Shown here piece by piece: positions 49,069 to 58,841 of a DNA stretch of 64,000 nt. This stretch comes from Spirochaetia bacterium. Its GTDB lineage: Bacteria > Spirochaetota > Spirochaetia > SZUA-6 > Bin103. The DNA is taken from the NCBI GenBank assembly GCA_965203905.1, contig CBDBDQ010000005.1, positions 2,272,001-2,336,000 of the forward strand, in the 5' to 3' direction. A program made the position numbers and the translations under genes. How positions within the stretch are numbered: position 1 is the first letter of the stretch; every line of letters begins with the position of its first letter. The notes under the pieces are model-generated. The model was given only the letters and a program-made list of their open reading frames with translations. It did not search any database and was not told the DNA's origin.

Positions 49069-49485
49069 GGGCGAGTTGCCTTTCGCTGCCACTCTCGCGC
49101 CCGCAACGCAGGCGGCCAGACAGCGACGGCAATCTCTGGTGGTCACGCGCGCGGCATGACCGTCATGAACTCAGGCCGCGCGCGTGGTGCGGTTCTTTGA
49201 GTATCAGCTTGCACCTCCGTGTTGCCCGGATTTCCGGAGTTCGACGCCGAGCGCGCGGCCGCGAAGCACGCGCAGGTCGGCGGCGGTCCCGGTAGTTGAC
49301 GGAGTGGTCTGGTATGTGACGGAGTGATGCCGAAGGCGCGACGCACGCCGCCCGGTCAGTTGAGCGTTAGTTGCCAATTGCACCATCTTCAGCCGCAAGC
49401 CGCGCTGAAGGGGTTGGTTACCGGTGCACATGCGCTCGCATCCCCCTTCGGCAGAGTGTCACACCCGTGTGGCCACCTGTCAAAT
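49069..49485 (-). promoter_or_regulatory. Uninterrupted conserved leader/promoter region of cassette 3
   Basis: Homologous to 38985-39325 joined to 43286-43397. Confidence 0.7.
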
Positions 49486-49616
49486 GACACGGAATCCCGT
49501 CCCGTCCTGCAGAGCCATCTCGATAAGATGTCCTGCTGCGGGTCGGCGCGGCGGCAGCGACTACGGCTGTAATGCGGAACCCGAGATAACGCGGAGTCAC
49601 ACGACTGGGAGGGACC

Positions 49617-50567
49617 ATGACGCCGGAACAGATAGAGCGACGCTCGATCATCATCACCATCGTCGCAAGTGTTTCGTTCGGGCTGATCGGGGTGGTGATC
49701 TCGCTCGCCAGCCAGTCTGGGGCGGTGTTCCTGGACGGCGTCTTCTCGCTCATCTTCGCCGTCGTGGGGCTGCTCACCCTGTACGTCTCCGGGCTGGTGC
49801 AGCGCCCGAGCGACGAGCAGTATCCGTTCGGCTACGCCACCTTCGAGCCGATGCTGAACCTGTTCAAGGGTATCCTCATCACCCTGGCGCTGCTGTACGC
49901 GCTGTGGAGCGCGGTCACGGCGCTGATGACCGGCGGGCAGGAGGTGGCAGCGGTCGGCGGCATCGTCTACGCCGCGATTGCCGTCTCCGGAGGCGCCGCG
50001 CTGGCCGTGGTGCTGCGCAAGCTGGCGCAGCGGTCGGGATCGCCCATCGTGCAGGTGGATGCGCAGAACGCGGTGATCGACACCCTGATCAGCGGCTCCG
50101 TGGGGGTCGCGTTCGTGGCCACGCTGCTGCTGCAGAACTCCCGCTGGTCGTCGTTGGCGCGCTACGCCGATCCGGTGATCATGCTCGCCATCGCGGCAAT
50201 TGCGGCACCGCAGCCGATCCGCGTGATCCGCAGCAACTGGCGGCAGATCCTGGGGCGGGCACCGGAGCGCGCAATACAGGAACGGGTCGCCACGCTGGTC
50301 GACGAAGTGCTGCTGAGCGTGCCGCACTCGGAGACCCACCTGCGGCTTACCGAGATGGGGCGGTACCTGTACATCCATCTGTACGTGATCGTGCCGGAGA
50401 ACGCGCCGAAGCCGATCGACACCCGCCTGCACGACCGCATCAGGCAGCAGATCTACGATTCGATCGTGGCGGAGTACCCCTATCTGGCGCTGGACATCGG
50501 CTTCACCATGGACCGGCGCTGGGCGTTGAGCAGCGCGCCGACCGAGGGTCGCGCCGGCACCTCTTAG
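49617..50567 (+). CDS. Cation diffusion facilitator (cation efflux) family transporter
   Basis: SGAVFLDGVFS, YPFGY..FEP and ADPVIML, with several transmembrane segments. Confidence 0.85.
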   Translation: MTPEQIERRSIIITIVASVSFGLIGVVISLASQSGAVFLDGVFSLIFAVVGLLTLYVSGLVQRPSDEQYPFGYATFEPMLNLFKGILITLALLYALWSAVTALMTGGQEVAAVGGIVYAAIAVSGGAALAVVLRKLAQRSGSPIVQVDAQNAVIDTLISGSVGVAFVATLLLQNSRWSSLARYADPVIMLAIAAIAAPQPIRVIRSNWRQILGRAPERAIQERVATLVDEVLLSVPHSETHLRLTEMGRYLYIHLYVIVPENAPKPIDTRLHDRIRQQIYDSIVAEYPYLALDIGFTMDRRWALSSAPTEGRAGTS

Positions 50568-50663
50568 CCCGCCGGCGAAACCGCGACGGATAACCCGTAG
50601 GCTGCGGCCCGGCAGTGCGCCATCGCGGCGCGGCCACTCCCGTCACTCCGCTTTGGGTCCGCG

Positions 50664-52184
50664 TCAGCGGGCTCCGGCCACCTCCGTCAGGCGGAATCGG
50701 CGGCGCAGCTCCTCCGGCGCGCCGCAACGGTCGAAGGCGGTCCCGAGTGCGGCTTGCAGCTCCGCCGCCCGTTCGGGATGCTCGGCGGCCACGTTGCGGC
50801 GCTCGCTCGGATCGGCCTCCAGGTCGCTGAGCCAGGTGCCCAGGTAGTCCTCGGGCAGCGGGTCGCGCTGCACCGGGCGGCGACCGTCGGCGTAGGGGCC
50901 GAGCACCTGCCGGCCGCCGTAGAAGCGCTGCTGGTGGTAGCCGTACCAGTACAGCGGCTGCTCGGGATCGGGCCCCTGGTGCAGCGTCCAGCGGCCGTCG
51001 GTAACGGTCGCCGAGCGCGCGAACTGGCCGGCGATGGCGTAGTCGCGGGTCGGCGCCGCGGGGTCGGCCAGCACCGGCAGCAGGTTCACGCCGTGGCGCC
51101 CTTGCGGCAGCTCGCGCCCGAAGGCGGCCAGTACGGTGGCGTAGATGTCCACGTTCTGCACCAGTTGCCGGCGCCGCTCGCCGTGCCCCAGCTCCGGGTG
51201 GTAGACGATGAACGGGATCATGTTCTTGGCCGCGAACTCATGGGTCTGCAGCTTGCCGATGCGGCCGTGGTCGCCGTTGAAGGTGCCGTGGTCGGTGTGC
51301 ACGATCACCATGGTGTTGCGCCAAAGGTCCAGCTCGTCCATGGCGTCCAGCACCTGTCCCAGCCAGCGGTCGGCCAGCACGACCTTGCCGGCGTAGCGCG
51401 CCTGGAAGCTCCGCAGCTCCTCCTCTTCCATGTGGTCGCCCCACTTGGCGTAGGGTGGATGGCTGGACCAGTCGGCGGTGTAGTAGCCGCGCGGGTCGAA
51501 CTTGCGCAGAATCTCCTCCGGCGGATCCCACGGTTCGTGGGGGTCGAACTCGTCGATGTGGAGATAGAAACTGCGGTGGCCGGCGTTGCGGCGCAGCCAC
51601 TCGGCCGCGGTGCGGAAGGTGCGCGCCACCGGCATGTCCTGCTCGCGATCGCCGAAGCGGTGCTTGTTGCGCCAGTAGCGCTCCAGCTTGGTCGGAAGGT
51701 CGGGCGGCGGACAGTGGAACCGGTCGCTGGTGGTGGCCCACGGGTCCTCCTGCTGGCCGCGGATGAACTCGAAGCCGCTGAAGCCGAAGTGGTAGTTGCC
51801 CGAACCCGCGCACCACATGTTCTTGTGGTCGGAGATGAAGTAGCTCACCACGTCGTCCGGGCCGTAGGCGCTGATCGGATGGATGTGGGGCGGCGACAGC
51901 AGGCTCGGCAGATCGAGGTCGCCTTCCTCCAGCGGGCCCCAGCCGCGCTCCAGGAACTCGTAGCGGCCGGTGTAGACGTCGCGCCGCGCCGGCATGCACG
52001 GGGTGCTGCCGGCGTAGGCGCGTTCGAACACCGTGCCGCGCGCCGCCAGCCGGTCGAGGTTGGGCGTGGGCACCACCCAGTCCGGCTGCTCGGGTGAGTC
52101 CACCTCGTTGAGCGGCCGGCCCTGATGGTAGGGGCCGCAGTGATCGCGCCGCAGCGTGTCGCAGAGAATGTGGATGACGTTCAT
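50664..52184 (-). CDS. Sulfatase
   Basis: ILCDTLRRDH, TPNLDRLA, CMPAR (CxPxR), FDPHEPW and TDHG. Confidence 0.92.
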   Translation of the reverse strand: MNVIHILCDTLRRDHCGPYHQGRPLNEVDSPEQPDWVVPTPNLDRLAARGTVFERAYAGSTPCMPARRDVYTGRYEFLERGWGPLEEGDLDLPSLLSPPHIHPISAYGPDDVVSYFISDHKNMWCAGSGNYHFGFSGFEFIRGQQEDPWATTSDRFHCPPPDLPTKLERYWRNKHRFGDREQDMPVARTFRTAAEWLRRNAGHRSFYLHIDEFDPHEPWDPPEEILRKFDPRGYYTADWSSHPPYAKWGDHMEEEELRSFQARYAGKVVLADRWLGQVLDAMDELDLWRNTMVIVHTDHGTFNGDHGRIGKLQTHEFAAKNMIPFIVYHPELGHGERRRQLVQNVDIYATVLAAFGRELPQGRHGVNLLPVLADPAAPTRDYAIAGQFARSATVTDGRWTLHQGPDPEQPLYWYGYHQQRFYGGRQVLGPYADGRRPVQRDPLPEDYLGTWLSDLEADPSERRNVAAEHPERAAELQAALGTAFDRCGAPEELRRRFRLTEVAGAR

Positions 52185-52254
52185 CGAGCGCCAGTATAAC
52201 GCCCCGTTGCGGACAGTTTGACCACGCAATGAGGCGCCCGCTAAGCTGGATCGC

Positions 52255-53190
52255 ATGGAACAACCGGAGCCGGCGTCAGTGACGATCGGCCGCCAACTGC
52301 CGCTGCCGCGCATCGGCCTGGGCACCGGCCTGCACGGCGAGGTGTCGGAGCGACAGTCGGTGGCCACCATCGAGCACGCCATGGATCGCGGGGTGCGTTT
52401 CTTCGACACCGCGCCGCTGTACGGCAACGGACTCGCCGAGGAGCGCCTCGGCATCGCCCTGAACGGCGTTCCCCGCGACAGCTACGTGCTCAACACCAAG
52501 GTCGGCATCCTCTCCGGCGGCGTGACCGGCGGCTTCGACTACGACTTCAGCGCTGACGGGGTGGAACGCTGCTTCGCGCGCAGCCTGCGCCGCCTGCGAG
52601 TGGAGCGCATCGACATCCTGCACCTGCACGAGCCGGAAGGGTTCGCCGAGCAGGTGTTGGCGGAGGCCCTGCCCCTGGTGCTGCGCTGGCGCGAGCAGGG
52701 ACTGGTGCGCGCGGTCAGCGCCGGGGTGAACCACTGGAGCATGGCCGAGCCGTTCGTGGAGCACCTGGACTGCGTGCTGCTGGCGGGACGCTACACCCTG
52801 CTGGAGCAGGGTGCGCTGGCCTTCCTGGAGCGCCAGCGGCAGGCGCGGCGGCAGGTGCTCGGGGCCGGCATCTTCAACAGCGGCATCCTGGCCACCGGCC
52901 CGAACGGCGACGCACGCTACAACTACCTGCCGGCACCGGAGCCGGTGCAGGATCGGGTGCGGAAGCTGCAGCAGGTGTGCGCGCGCCACGGGGTGGAGCT
53001 GTCCCACGCCGCGGTGCAGTTCGTCGCCGCGCAGCCGGCCATCGGCTCGCTGATCTTCGGCGCCTGCAGCGGCGCAGAGCTGGACCAGGCGCTGCGCGGC
53101 ACCCGGCCGGGGACCCCGCCCGCGCTGTGGCAGGAGCTGCGCACGGAAGGACTGCTCGATCCGGCCGCACCGGTGCCCGAACCCGAGTAG
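52255..53190 (+). CDS. Aldo/keto reductase (D-threo-aldose/L-fucose dehydrogenase-like)
   Basis: FFDTAPLYGNGLAEERLG, TKVG, LLAGRYTLLEQ and FNSGILA. Confidence 0.88.
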   Translation: MEQPEPASVTIGRQLPLPRIGLGTGLHGEVSERQSVATIEHAMDRGVRFFDTAPLYGNGLAEERLGIALNGVPRDSYVLNTKVGILSGGVTGGFDYDFSADGVERCFARSLRRLRVERIDILHLHEPEGFAEQVLAEALPLVLRWREQGLVRAVSAGVNHWSMAEPFVEHLDCVLLAGRYTLLEQGALAFLERQRQARRQVLGAGIFNSGILATGPNGDARYNYLPAPEPVQDRVRKLQQVCARHGVELSHAAVQFVAAQPAIGSLIFGACSGAELDQALRGTRPGTPPALWQELRTEGLLDPAAPVPEPE

Positions 53191-53235
53191 ACGCGCACGC
53201 ACCACGCGCACGCCGGGGCGGGCCCGACGGCGCGA

Positions 53236-54108
53236 TCAGGTCACCGGCAGGCGGTAGACGCGCACGGCGTTGTCGCGCAGCACGCGGGCACGCTCGGCCG
53301 CGGTCAGGGTGGGAGCGGAGTCCAGCATCGTGGCGAACGCCTCGCCGTAGCTGCCGCCCACGAGCTCCGGCGGCCAGTTGCTGCCCCACAGCAGCCGCTC
53401 GCTGCCGAATGCCTCGAACAGCACCCCGGCGGCGCGGCGCAGTTGCTCCGAGTCGCAGCGTGGATGGCAGTGCAGGAAGAACGAGGAGTACTTCACCACC
53501 ACGTTGGGAACCTCGGCCAGGGCGCGCACGTGGCGCTCCCACAGGGTCAGATCGCCGTCACGAAACGGCGGCAGTCCGCAGTGGTTGAGCACCAGGGTCA
53601 GCTCCTCGTGGCGGCGCGCGAACCCACCCACCGCCGGGATCAGCGTGTGCTCCACCAGGATGTCCAGCACCAGGCCGCGCCGCAGCAGCTCGCGCGCACC
53701 GCGGTCCGCGGCCGCATCTTCCCCCCATCGGTCGGGTGGAAGCTGCGGCTGGCTGCGAATGCCCAGGAACCACGGCTTGCCGGCATATGCGTCCAGCCAC
53801 TCCCCGAGGCGCGGCGACGTCATGCCGTAGCTGCCCACCAGGCCCAGCACGTCGGGGTGCTGCTCGCACATGGCGCCCCACTCCAGGTTGTGCCGGTGCG
53901 AGTCCGGCGCCGCGCCCACGATGATGGCGCCCTCGGCGCCGATGGCCGCCAGCTCAGGCCGCAGGTGGTGCGGCAGGTAGTCGCGTCTGAGGTAGTCGCG
54001 CCCGCGAAACCAGCCGTCGTAGCCGCCGTACCCGGCCAGCTTCCAAAAATGGACGTGAGTATCGATGGGCCGTACGCCGCCCCCAGCCGCACCCTCAGCT
54101 TCGGTCAT
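53236..54108 (-). CDS. Amidohydrolase (L-fucono-lactonase-like)
   Basis: IDTHVHFW, LRRDYLP, VLNHCGLP and FGSERLLWGSNWP. Confidence 0.85.
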   Translation of the reverse strand: MTEAEGAAGGGVRPIDTHVHFWKLAGYGGYDGWFRGRDYLRRDYLPHHLRPELAAIGAEGAIIVGAAPDSHRHNLEWGAMCEQHPDVLGLVGSYGMTSPRLGEWLDAYAGKPWFLGIRSQPQLPPDRWGEDAAADRGARELLRRGLVLDILVEHTLIPAVGGFARRHEELTLVLNHCGLPPFRDGDLTLWERHVRALAEVPNVVVKYSSFFLHCHPRCDSEQLRRAAGVLFEAFGSERLLWGSNWPPELVGGSYGEAFATMLDSAPTLTAAERARVLRDNAVRVYRLPVT

Positions 54109-54165
54109 GGCGGCGAGTGTGGTGGATGGCAGGGCGCCCTGTCACTCACTACTGGTCGCCGGCGA

Positions 54166-55176
54166 CTATCGCCAGGGAGCCACGACCACTTTGCCGTGGG
54201 CGTCAGGGCGACCGAGGTCGGTGAATGCCTGCGCCACGCCGTCCAGGCCCACCGTGTGGGTGATCACGGGTTCGACATTCAGGGTTCCGTCGGCGATGTG
54301 CCGTAACGCGTCGCGGAACTCCGCTGCCGAGTAGCCGAGCACGTACTGCACGTTCAACTCCTTGTTGACCGCGATCAGCGGGCGCGCGTGGTCCATCTGC
54401 AGACAGACGCCGACTACCACGATCCGCGCGCCATGCGGCGCATGCAGGAAGATCTCATCGATCATCCCGGGTACCCCGACACACTCGAACACCACCACGT
54501 TGTCCCGGCGGCGCACGTCGGTTACCTCGTACGGACTCGACTCGCGCGGATCCACCACGATATCCGCGCCGACCGCCAGGCTCAGGGCACGGCGTTTCGG
54601 CGACAGCTCCGACACCACCACGGGGCCGACGCCGCGTGCCTTCAGGTTGGCCGTAATCGCCAGGCCCACCGGCCCTCCGCCGATGACGACCAACGCCTCG
54701 TCGCCCTCGAGACGAGCCATGTTGATCGCGTGCAGGCCCACGGCCATCGGCTCGGTCAACGCCGCGTGCTCCTTGGCCGTTCCCCGCGGCACCGGCACGA
54801 GCAGCCGTTCCGACAGCAACAGGTATTCGGCGAAGCCGCCGGGGATATCGCTGGACCAGCCCACCGGCAGCGACGGTTCGCGGGCCAGCATCGGCCTGGA
54901 GCAAACCAGGTCCCCGGCTTTCAGATCGCCGCGAGACTCGATCACCTCCGCGCAGAACTCGTGACCGAGCACCACGGGATCGAGGGTCGTCAGCTTGAAC
55001 GCGCCGCCGGCTTCGAGGCTGGTCGCCACGAACTCCTGCGTGTGCTTCGCCGCGTGCAGATCCGATCCGCAGATCCCGCACGCAACCGACTTCAGAACCG
55101 CCTCACCCTTTGCCGGCGTCGGATCGGGTAACTCGTCGACCCAGATCCTCCCTCGTTCCATCAATGCTGCACGCAT
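54166..55176 (-). CDS. Zinc-binding alcohol dehydrogenase family protein
   Basis: CGICGSDLH, LGHEF, LTEPMAVG.HA and GGGPVG. Confidence 0.92.
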   Translation of the reverse strand: MRAALMERGRIWVDELPDPTPAKGEAVLKSVACGICGSDLHAAKHTQEFVATSLEAGGAFKLTTLDPVVLGHEFCAEVIESRGDLKAGDLVCSRPMLAREPSLPVGWSSDIPGGFAEYLLLSERLLVPVPRGTAKEHAALTEPMAVGLHAINMARLEGDEALVVIGGGPVGLAITANLKARGVGPVVVSELSPKRRALSLAVGADIVVDPRESSPYEVTDVRRRDNVVVFECVGVPGMIDEIFLHAPHGARIVVVGVCLQMDHARPLIAVNKELNVQYVLGYSAAEFRDALRHIADGTLNVEPVITHTVGLDGVAQAFTDLGRPDAHGKVVVAPWR

Positions 55177-55178
55177 AA

Positions 55179-55448
55179 CTACCTCCCAGACCGGGGTTGC
55201 CGGGGTTGACGCTCCGGCATAGCTCGCCGCTGGTTCATTTCGTCGCGGCTGAAGGTGCGGCCGCCGGTGCGCACGTAGCTGCTGAGCTCATCGATCAGCG
55301 CCAACGCATCGGCAGCCTGTCGATCCCGCCGTGCATAGCTGGCCAACCACCGGCGAAATGCGTCGTTCAACGTCGTGTTCTCGGCGCGGGCCCGTGCGCG
55401 TGCGGCCTGGATGAGCCCCTCGTCCGCGCTCAGGATGATGTTGCGCAT
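55179..55448 (-). CDS. Orphan ribbon-helix-helix antitoxin-like protein (DUF6364-like)
   Basis: MRNIILSADEGLIQAARARARAENTTLNDAFRRWL...GRTFSRDEMNQR. No PIN gene follows. Confidence 0.7.
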   Translation of the reverse strand: MRNIILSADEGLIQAARARARAENTTLNDAFRRWLASYARRDRQAADALALIDELSSYVRTGGRTFSRDEMNQRRAMPERQPRQPRSGR

Positions 55449-55553
55449 ACCATCCAAGAGTACACGACATGTAGTGTACACAACGAGCGTAGAGACTTGG
55501 CGCAGCGCACGCGGGCGCTGGCCAGAGCGGTCTCGATGGCCGATGATGACGGC

Positions 55554-56942
55554 ATGTCGAGGCCCAACATCCTGTTCGTCATTGCCGACGATCACGCGCC
55601 GGCGGCGATCTCCAGCTACGGTGCCAGCCTGGTGGCCACGCCAAACCTGGATCGCCTGGCCAGCGAAGGGGCGCGCTTCAACCGCTGCTTCTGCACCAAC
55701 TCGATCTGTACGCCGGCGCGGGCCACGGTGCTCACCGGCAAGTACAGCCACACCACCGGCATCCGCACCCTGAACGACGTCATCGACCATACCCGCGAGC
55801 GCACGCTAGGGATGATGCTGCACGACGCCGGCTACCAGACCGCGGCGCTCGGCAAGTGGCACCTGGGCCACGGCGGCAACAGCGATCCGGTCGGCTTCGA
55901 CCACTGGAGCGTGCTGCCGGTACAGGGCAAGTACGTCGACCCGGAGTTCCACGAGGCCGGCGGCACGGTGACCCGCCGCGGCTATGTGACCGACATTCTC
56001 GCCGACCTGGCGCTCGACTGGCTGCGTGGGCGCGATCCCGACCGGCCCTTCTTTCTCTACCTCGGCAACAAGGCGCCGCACGACCCGTTCACCTATGACG
56101 CCGCCCACGCCGAGCTGTTCGCCGACCGTGACCTGCCGGAGCCGCCCACCTTGCGCGACGACTACCGCAACCGTGCCGCTGCAGCGGCGCGCAGCACGCA
56201 GAGGGTGGCCACGGCGCACCAGCGCCGCCACGTGCCCGATCCGCCGCCGCCCGACGTGAGCGGCGACGACCTGCTGCGCTGGAACTACCAGTCGTTCATG
56301 AAGGGCTACCTGCGCTGCGTGGCCTCGGTGGACGACAACCTGGGCCGCCTGCTGGCCTACCTCGACGAAGCCGGCCTGGCCGCCGACACGCTGGTGGTCT
56401 ACACTTCCGACCACGGCTTCTTCCTCGGCGACCACGGTTTCTACGACAAGCGCTTCATGTACGAGGAGTCGATCCGCATCCCGCTGCTGATGCGCGGACC
56501 GGGCGTCACGCAGCCGGGCCTGGCCGACGACCACATGGTGCTCAACCTCGACTTCGCACCTACGCTGCTCGACCTGGCCGGGATGGCGATCCCGGAAGAG
56601 CTGCCGGGGCGCAGTCTGCGGCCGCTGTTGCAGGGGGAGGCGGTGAGCGACTGGCGCACCTCGATGTACTACCGCTACTGGATGCACGGCGCGCACTTCG
56701 ACGTCGCCGCCCACTACGGGGTGCGCACCGAGACCCACAAGCTGATCTACTACTACGGCGAGCCGCTGGACGCCGCCGGGGCGGTGGGCGATCCCACCCC
56801 GCCGGAGTGGGAGCTGTTCGACCTGACGCGCGACCCGCAGGAACTGGTGAACGTCTACGACGATGGCGCCTATGCCCGGGTGCGCGAGGAATTGACGACG
56901 GAACTGGAACGTCTGCGGACGGAAGTCGGCGACACCCGGTAG
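55554..56942 (+). CDS. Sulfatase
   Basis: RPNILFVIADDH, NSICTPARA, GKWHL, SDHGFFLGDHG.YDKR and YYRYW. Confidence 0.93.
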   Translation: MSRPNILFVIADDHAPAAISSYGASLVATPNLDRLASEGARFNRCFCTNSICTPARATVLTGKYSHTTGIRTLNDVIDHTRERTLGMMLHDAGYQTAALGKWHLGHGGNSDPVGFDHWSVLPVQGKYVDPEFHEAGGTVTRRGYVTDILADLALDWLRGRDPDRPFFLYLGNKAPHDPFTYDAAHAELFADRDLPEPPTLRDDYRNRAAAAARSTQRVATAHQRRHVPDPPPPDVSGDDLLRWNYQSFMKGYLRCVASVDDNLGRLLAYLDEAGLAADTLVVYTSDHGFFLGDHGFYDKRFMYEESIRIPLLMRGPGVTQPGLADDHMVLNLDFAPTLLDLAGMAIPEELPGRSLRPLLQGEAVSDWRTSMYYRYWMHGAHFDVAAHYGVRTETHKLIYYYGEPLDAAGAVGDPTPPEWELFDLTRDPQELVNVYDDGAYARVREELTTELERLRTEVGDTR

Positions 56943-56959
56943 CGGCGCAGGAGGCAGAC

Positions 56960-58402
56960 ATGATACCCGATCCAGACTTTCCGTTGATTCAGCTCCCGGC
57001 CGAGTTCAAGGCTCGCAAGCATGCCGGTCGTGCGTCCTTCAAGCAGCCGGGAAGCTATGAGCTCTTCAACGCCGACGGACCCGGCTGCATTCGCCACATG
57101 ACCGTGATCTACAAACCGTTCGGCGACCACGCTCGCATAGAAATCTTTTGCGATGATGACGCCAGGCCGCAGGTGGACATGGATCTGAACGCCTTCTTCG
57201 GCGTGCTGCTCGGGGTCGATCCCCGGACGACGAACTACCGCGCGGACGGTGCCGGGATCAAGGTGCTTCCCGAGGGTGGGTACAACTGCTACCTGCCGAT
57301 CCCTTTTCAGAGGTCGTGTCGGATCGTGCTGACAACCGCGTCGCCGGTTCCGGTACAGGTCTACTCCCAAATCGACTGGCAACAATACCAGGCCGGTACC
57401 GAGCTGACACCGTACCGATTGCATGCGCTGCACCGCAAGGAGACCCCTGCAGCGGCGTCTTCCGGCGGCACTTTCCAGATCGCCGAGATCGGTGGTCGTG
57501 GTTTCGTGGCGGGGCTGTTCAAGGCCATCCGGCAGCGCGATACGAGCGATCTGCTCTATCACACCGGTGGCTCGGTGTGGTTGATCGACGGCGAGAACGA
57601 CCCCCATGCCATTCGCGGCTACAACGAGGAGGACGACTTTGGCTTCGGCTGGTCCTACCACCAGTTTCTGAGCCGCTGGACCGGTTGTGCCCACGTGGTG
57701 AATCCTGGCATTCATGCCACCGAATTCTCGGCATACCGGTTTTATGGCCCCGATCCGATTCCATTCAGATCTTCGCTCATCGCCTATTGCGGCTCAAGGG
57801 CGGACGATACCGAGTCGGTGCTGTATTTCTACCGGTCGCTGGGATCCGTGGCAGCGCCCCTGGAGACGCCATCGCAGTGGCAGGTCACCGGGCCCTACCG
57901 GTGCTTTACCTTCGAGGAGTTCCTGATGGCCGGAGCCCCTGAAACCGCGGCGGTGTGGCCGGCGAGCTGGCGCGATGACGGACGTACTCTGCCGACGCTC
58001 ACGGTTCCCTCCAGAAGGGGTTGGGTCGACCTGACCTGGGAATACCGCGGACGCAGGCACCTGTGGAACGACTATGCCAAGGCGCAATCAGAGGCTGCGG
58101 GGACGGTTACGCTTCTCAGTGACAAGCCGGTGGCGGTCTCGGCGTATGCACGTGCCACGATCGATGCGAAAACGAGTCGCAGGGTCAACCTTCGCCTGGC
58201 TTTCGACGATTGGCTGACGCTTTGGGTCAATGCCAAGAAGATAGCCACCAAGCGCCACGATCGTGGATTCGAGATCGCCAGTTTTCCGGTGAATCTGCGT
58301 GCGGGGGAGAACACGGTTCAGATCAAGCTGAGCAACTTCGACAATCAGGAGCATCGGCTGTGGGCGTTCAGTCTTGCGGTCGAAGAGAGAGAACCCGGGT
58401 AG
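56960..58402 (+). CDS. DUF2961 domain protein (GH172-related)
   Basis: AGGAGG RBS. DGPGCIRHM, YNCYLPIPFQRSCRI, EEDDFGFGW and AYRFYGPDPIPF. Confidence 0.75.
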   Translation: MIPDPDFPLIQLPAEFKARKHAGRASFKQPGSYELFNADGPGCIRHMTVIYKPFGDHARIEIFCDDDARPQVDMDLNAFFGVLLGVDPRTTNYRADGAGIKVLPEGGYNCYLPIPFQRSCRIVLTTASPVPVQVYSQIDWQQYQAGTELTPYRLHALHRKETPAAASSGGTFQIAEIGGRGFVAGLFKAIRQRDTSDLLYHTGGSVWLIDGENDPHAIRGYNEEDDFGFGWSYHQFLSRWTGCAHVVNPGIHATEFSAYRFYGPDPIPFRSSLIAYCGSRADDTESVLYFYRSLGSVAAPLETPSQWQVTGPYRCFTFEEFLMAGAPETAAVWPASWRDDGRTLPTLTVPSRRGWVDLTWEYRGRRHLWNDYAKAQSEAAGTVTLLSDKPVAVSAYARATIDAKTSRRVNLRLAFDDWLTLWVNAKKIATKRHDRGFEIASFPVNLRAGENTVQIKLSNFDNQEHRLWAFSLAVEEREPG

Positions 58403-58418
58403 CCGAACCCCGACCGAA

Positions 58419-58820
58419 TCAGCCCGCGTCCGAGCCGAACGCGATCAGGTAGCCGTCGCGGTCGCGCACTGCGAACTCCCAGTTGCCGTACTCCCGTTGC
58501 AGTGACGGGCCGTACGCCACGTCGGCCCCGGCGGCCGCCATCTCGGCGTGCAGCGCGCGCGCATCGTCAACCCACACGTAGGCGTCCCACGGCCCGCCGC
58601 GGGCGCCCGGGTCGGGATTGTTGCTGCGTATCGGATCGCCGCTCCGCGCCCGCTTGAGCATGATGGTGACGCCGTCGCGCGCCGGCATGGCGAACTCCGG
58701 CGGGTCGCCCCAGTAGGGAGGCTGCGTAAACCCCAGGGCGCTCACGTAGTACTCGGTTGCGGCTACCACGTCGCGCACGTAGAACAGCGGCGCGACGTGG
58801 CGCAGGCGGACCCGGTCCAT
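58419..58820 (-). CDS. VOC/glyoxalase family protein
   Basis: VRDVVAA.EYY...LGF and YG.WEFAVRD.DGY.IAFG. Confidence 0.88.
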   Translation of the reverse strand: MDRVRLRHVAPLFYVRDVVAATEYYVSALGFTQPPYWGDPPEFAMPARDGVTIMLKRARSGDPIRSNNPDPGARGGPWDAYVWVDDARALHAEMAAAGADVAYGPSLQREYGNWEFAVRDRDGYLIAFGSDAG

Positions 58821-58841
58821 GGTAGTGCGTCCGGCGGCCAG

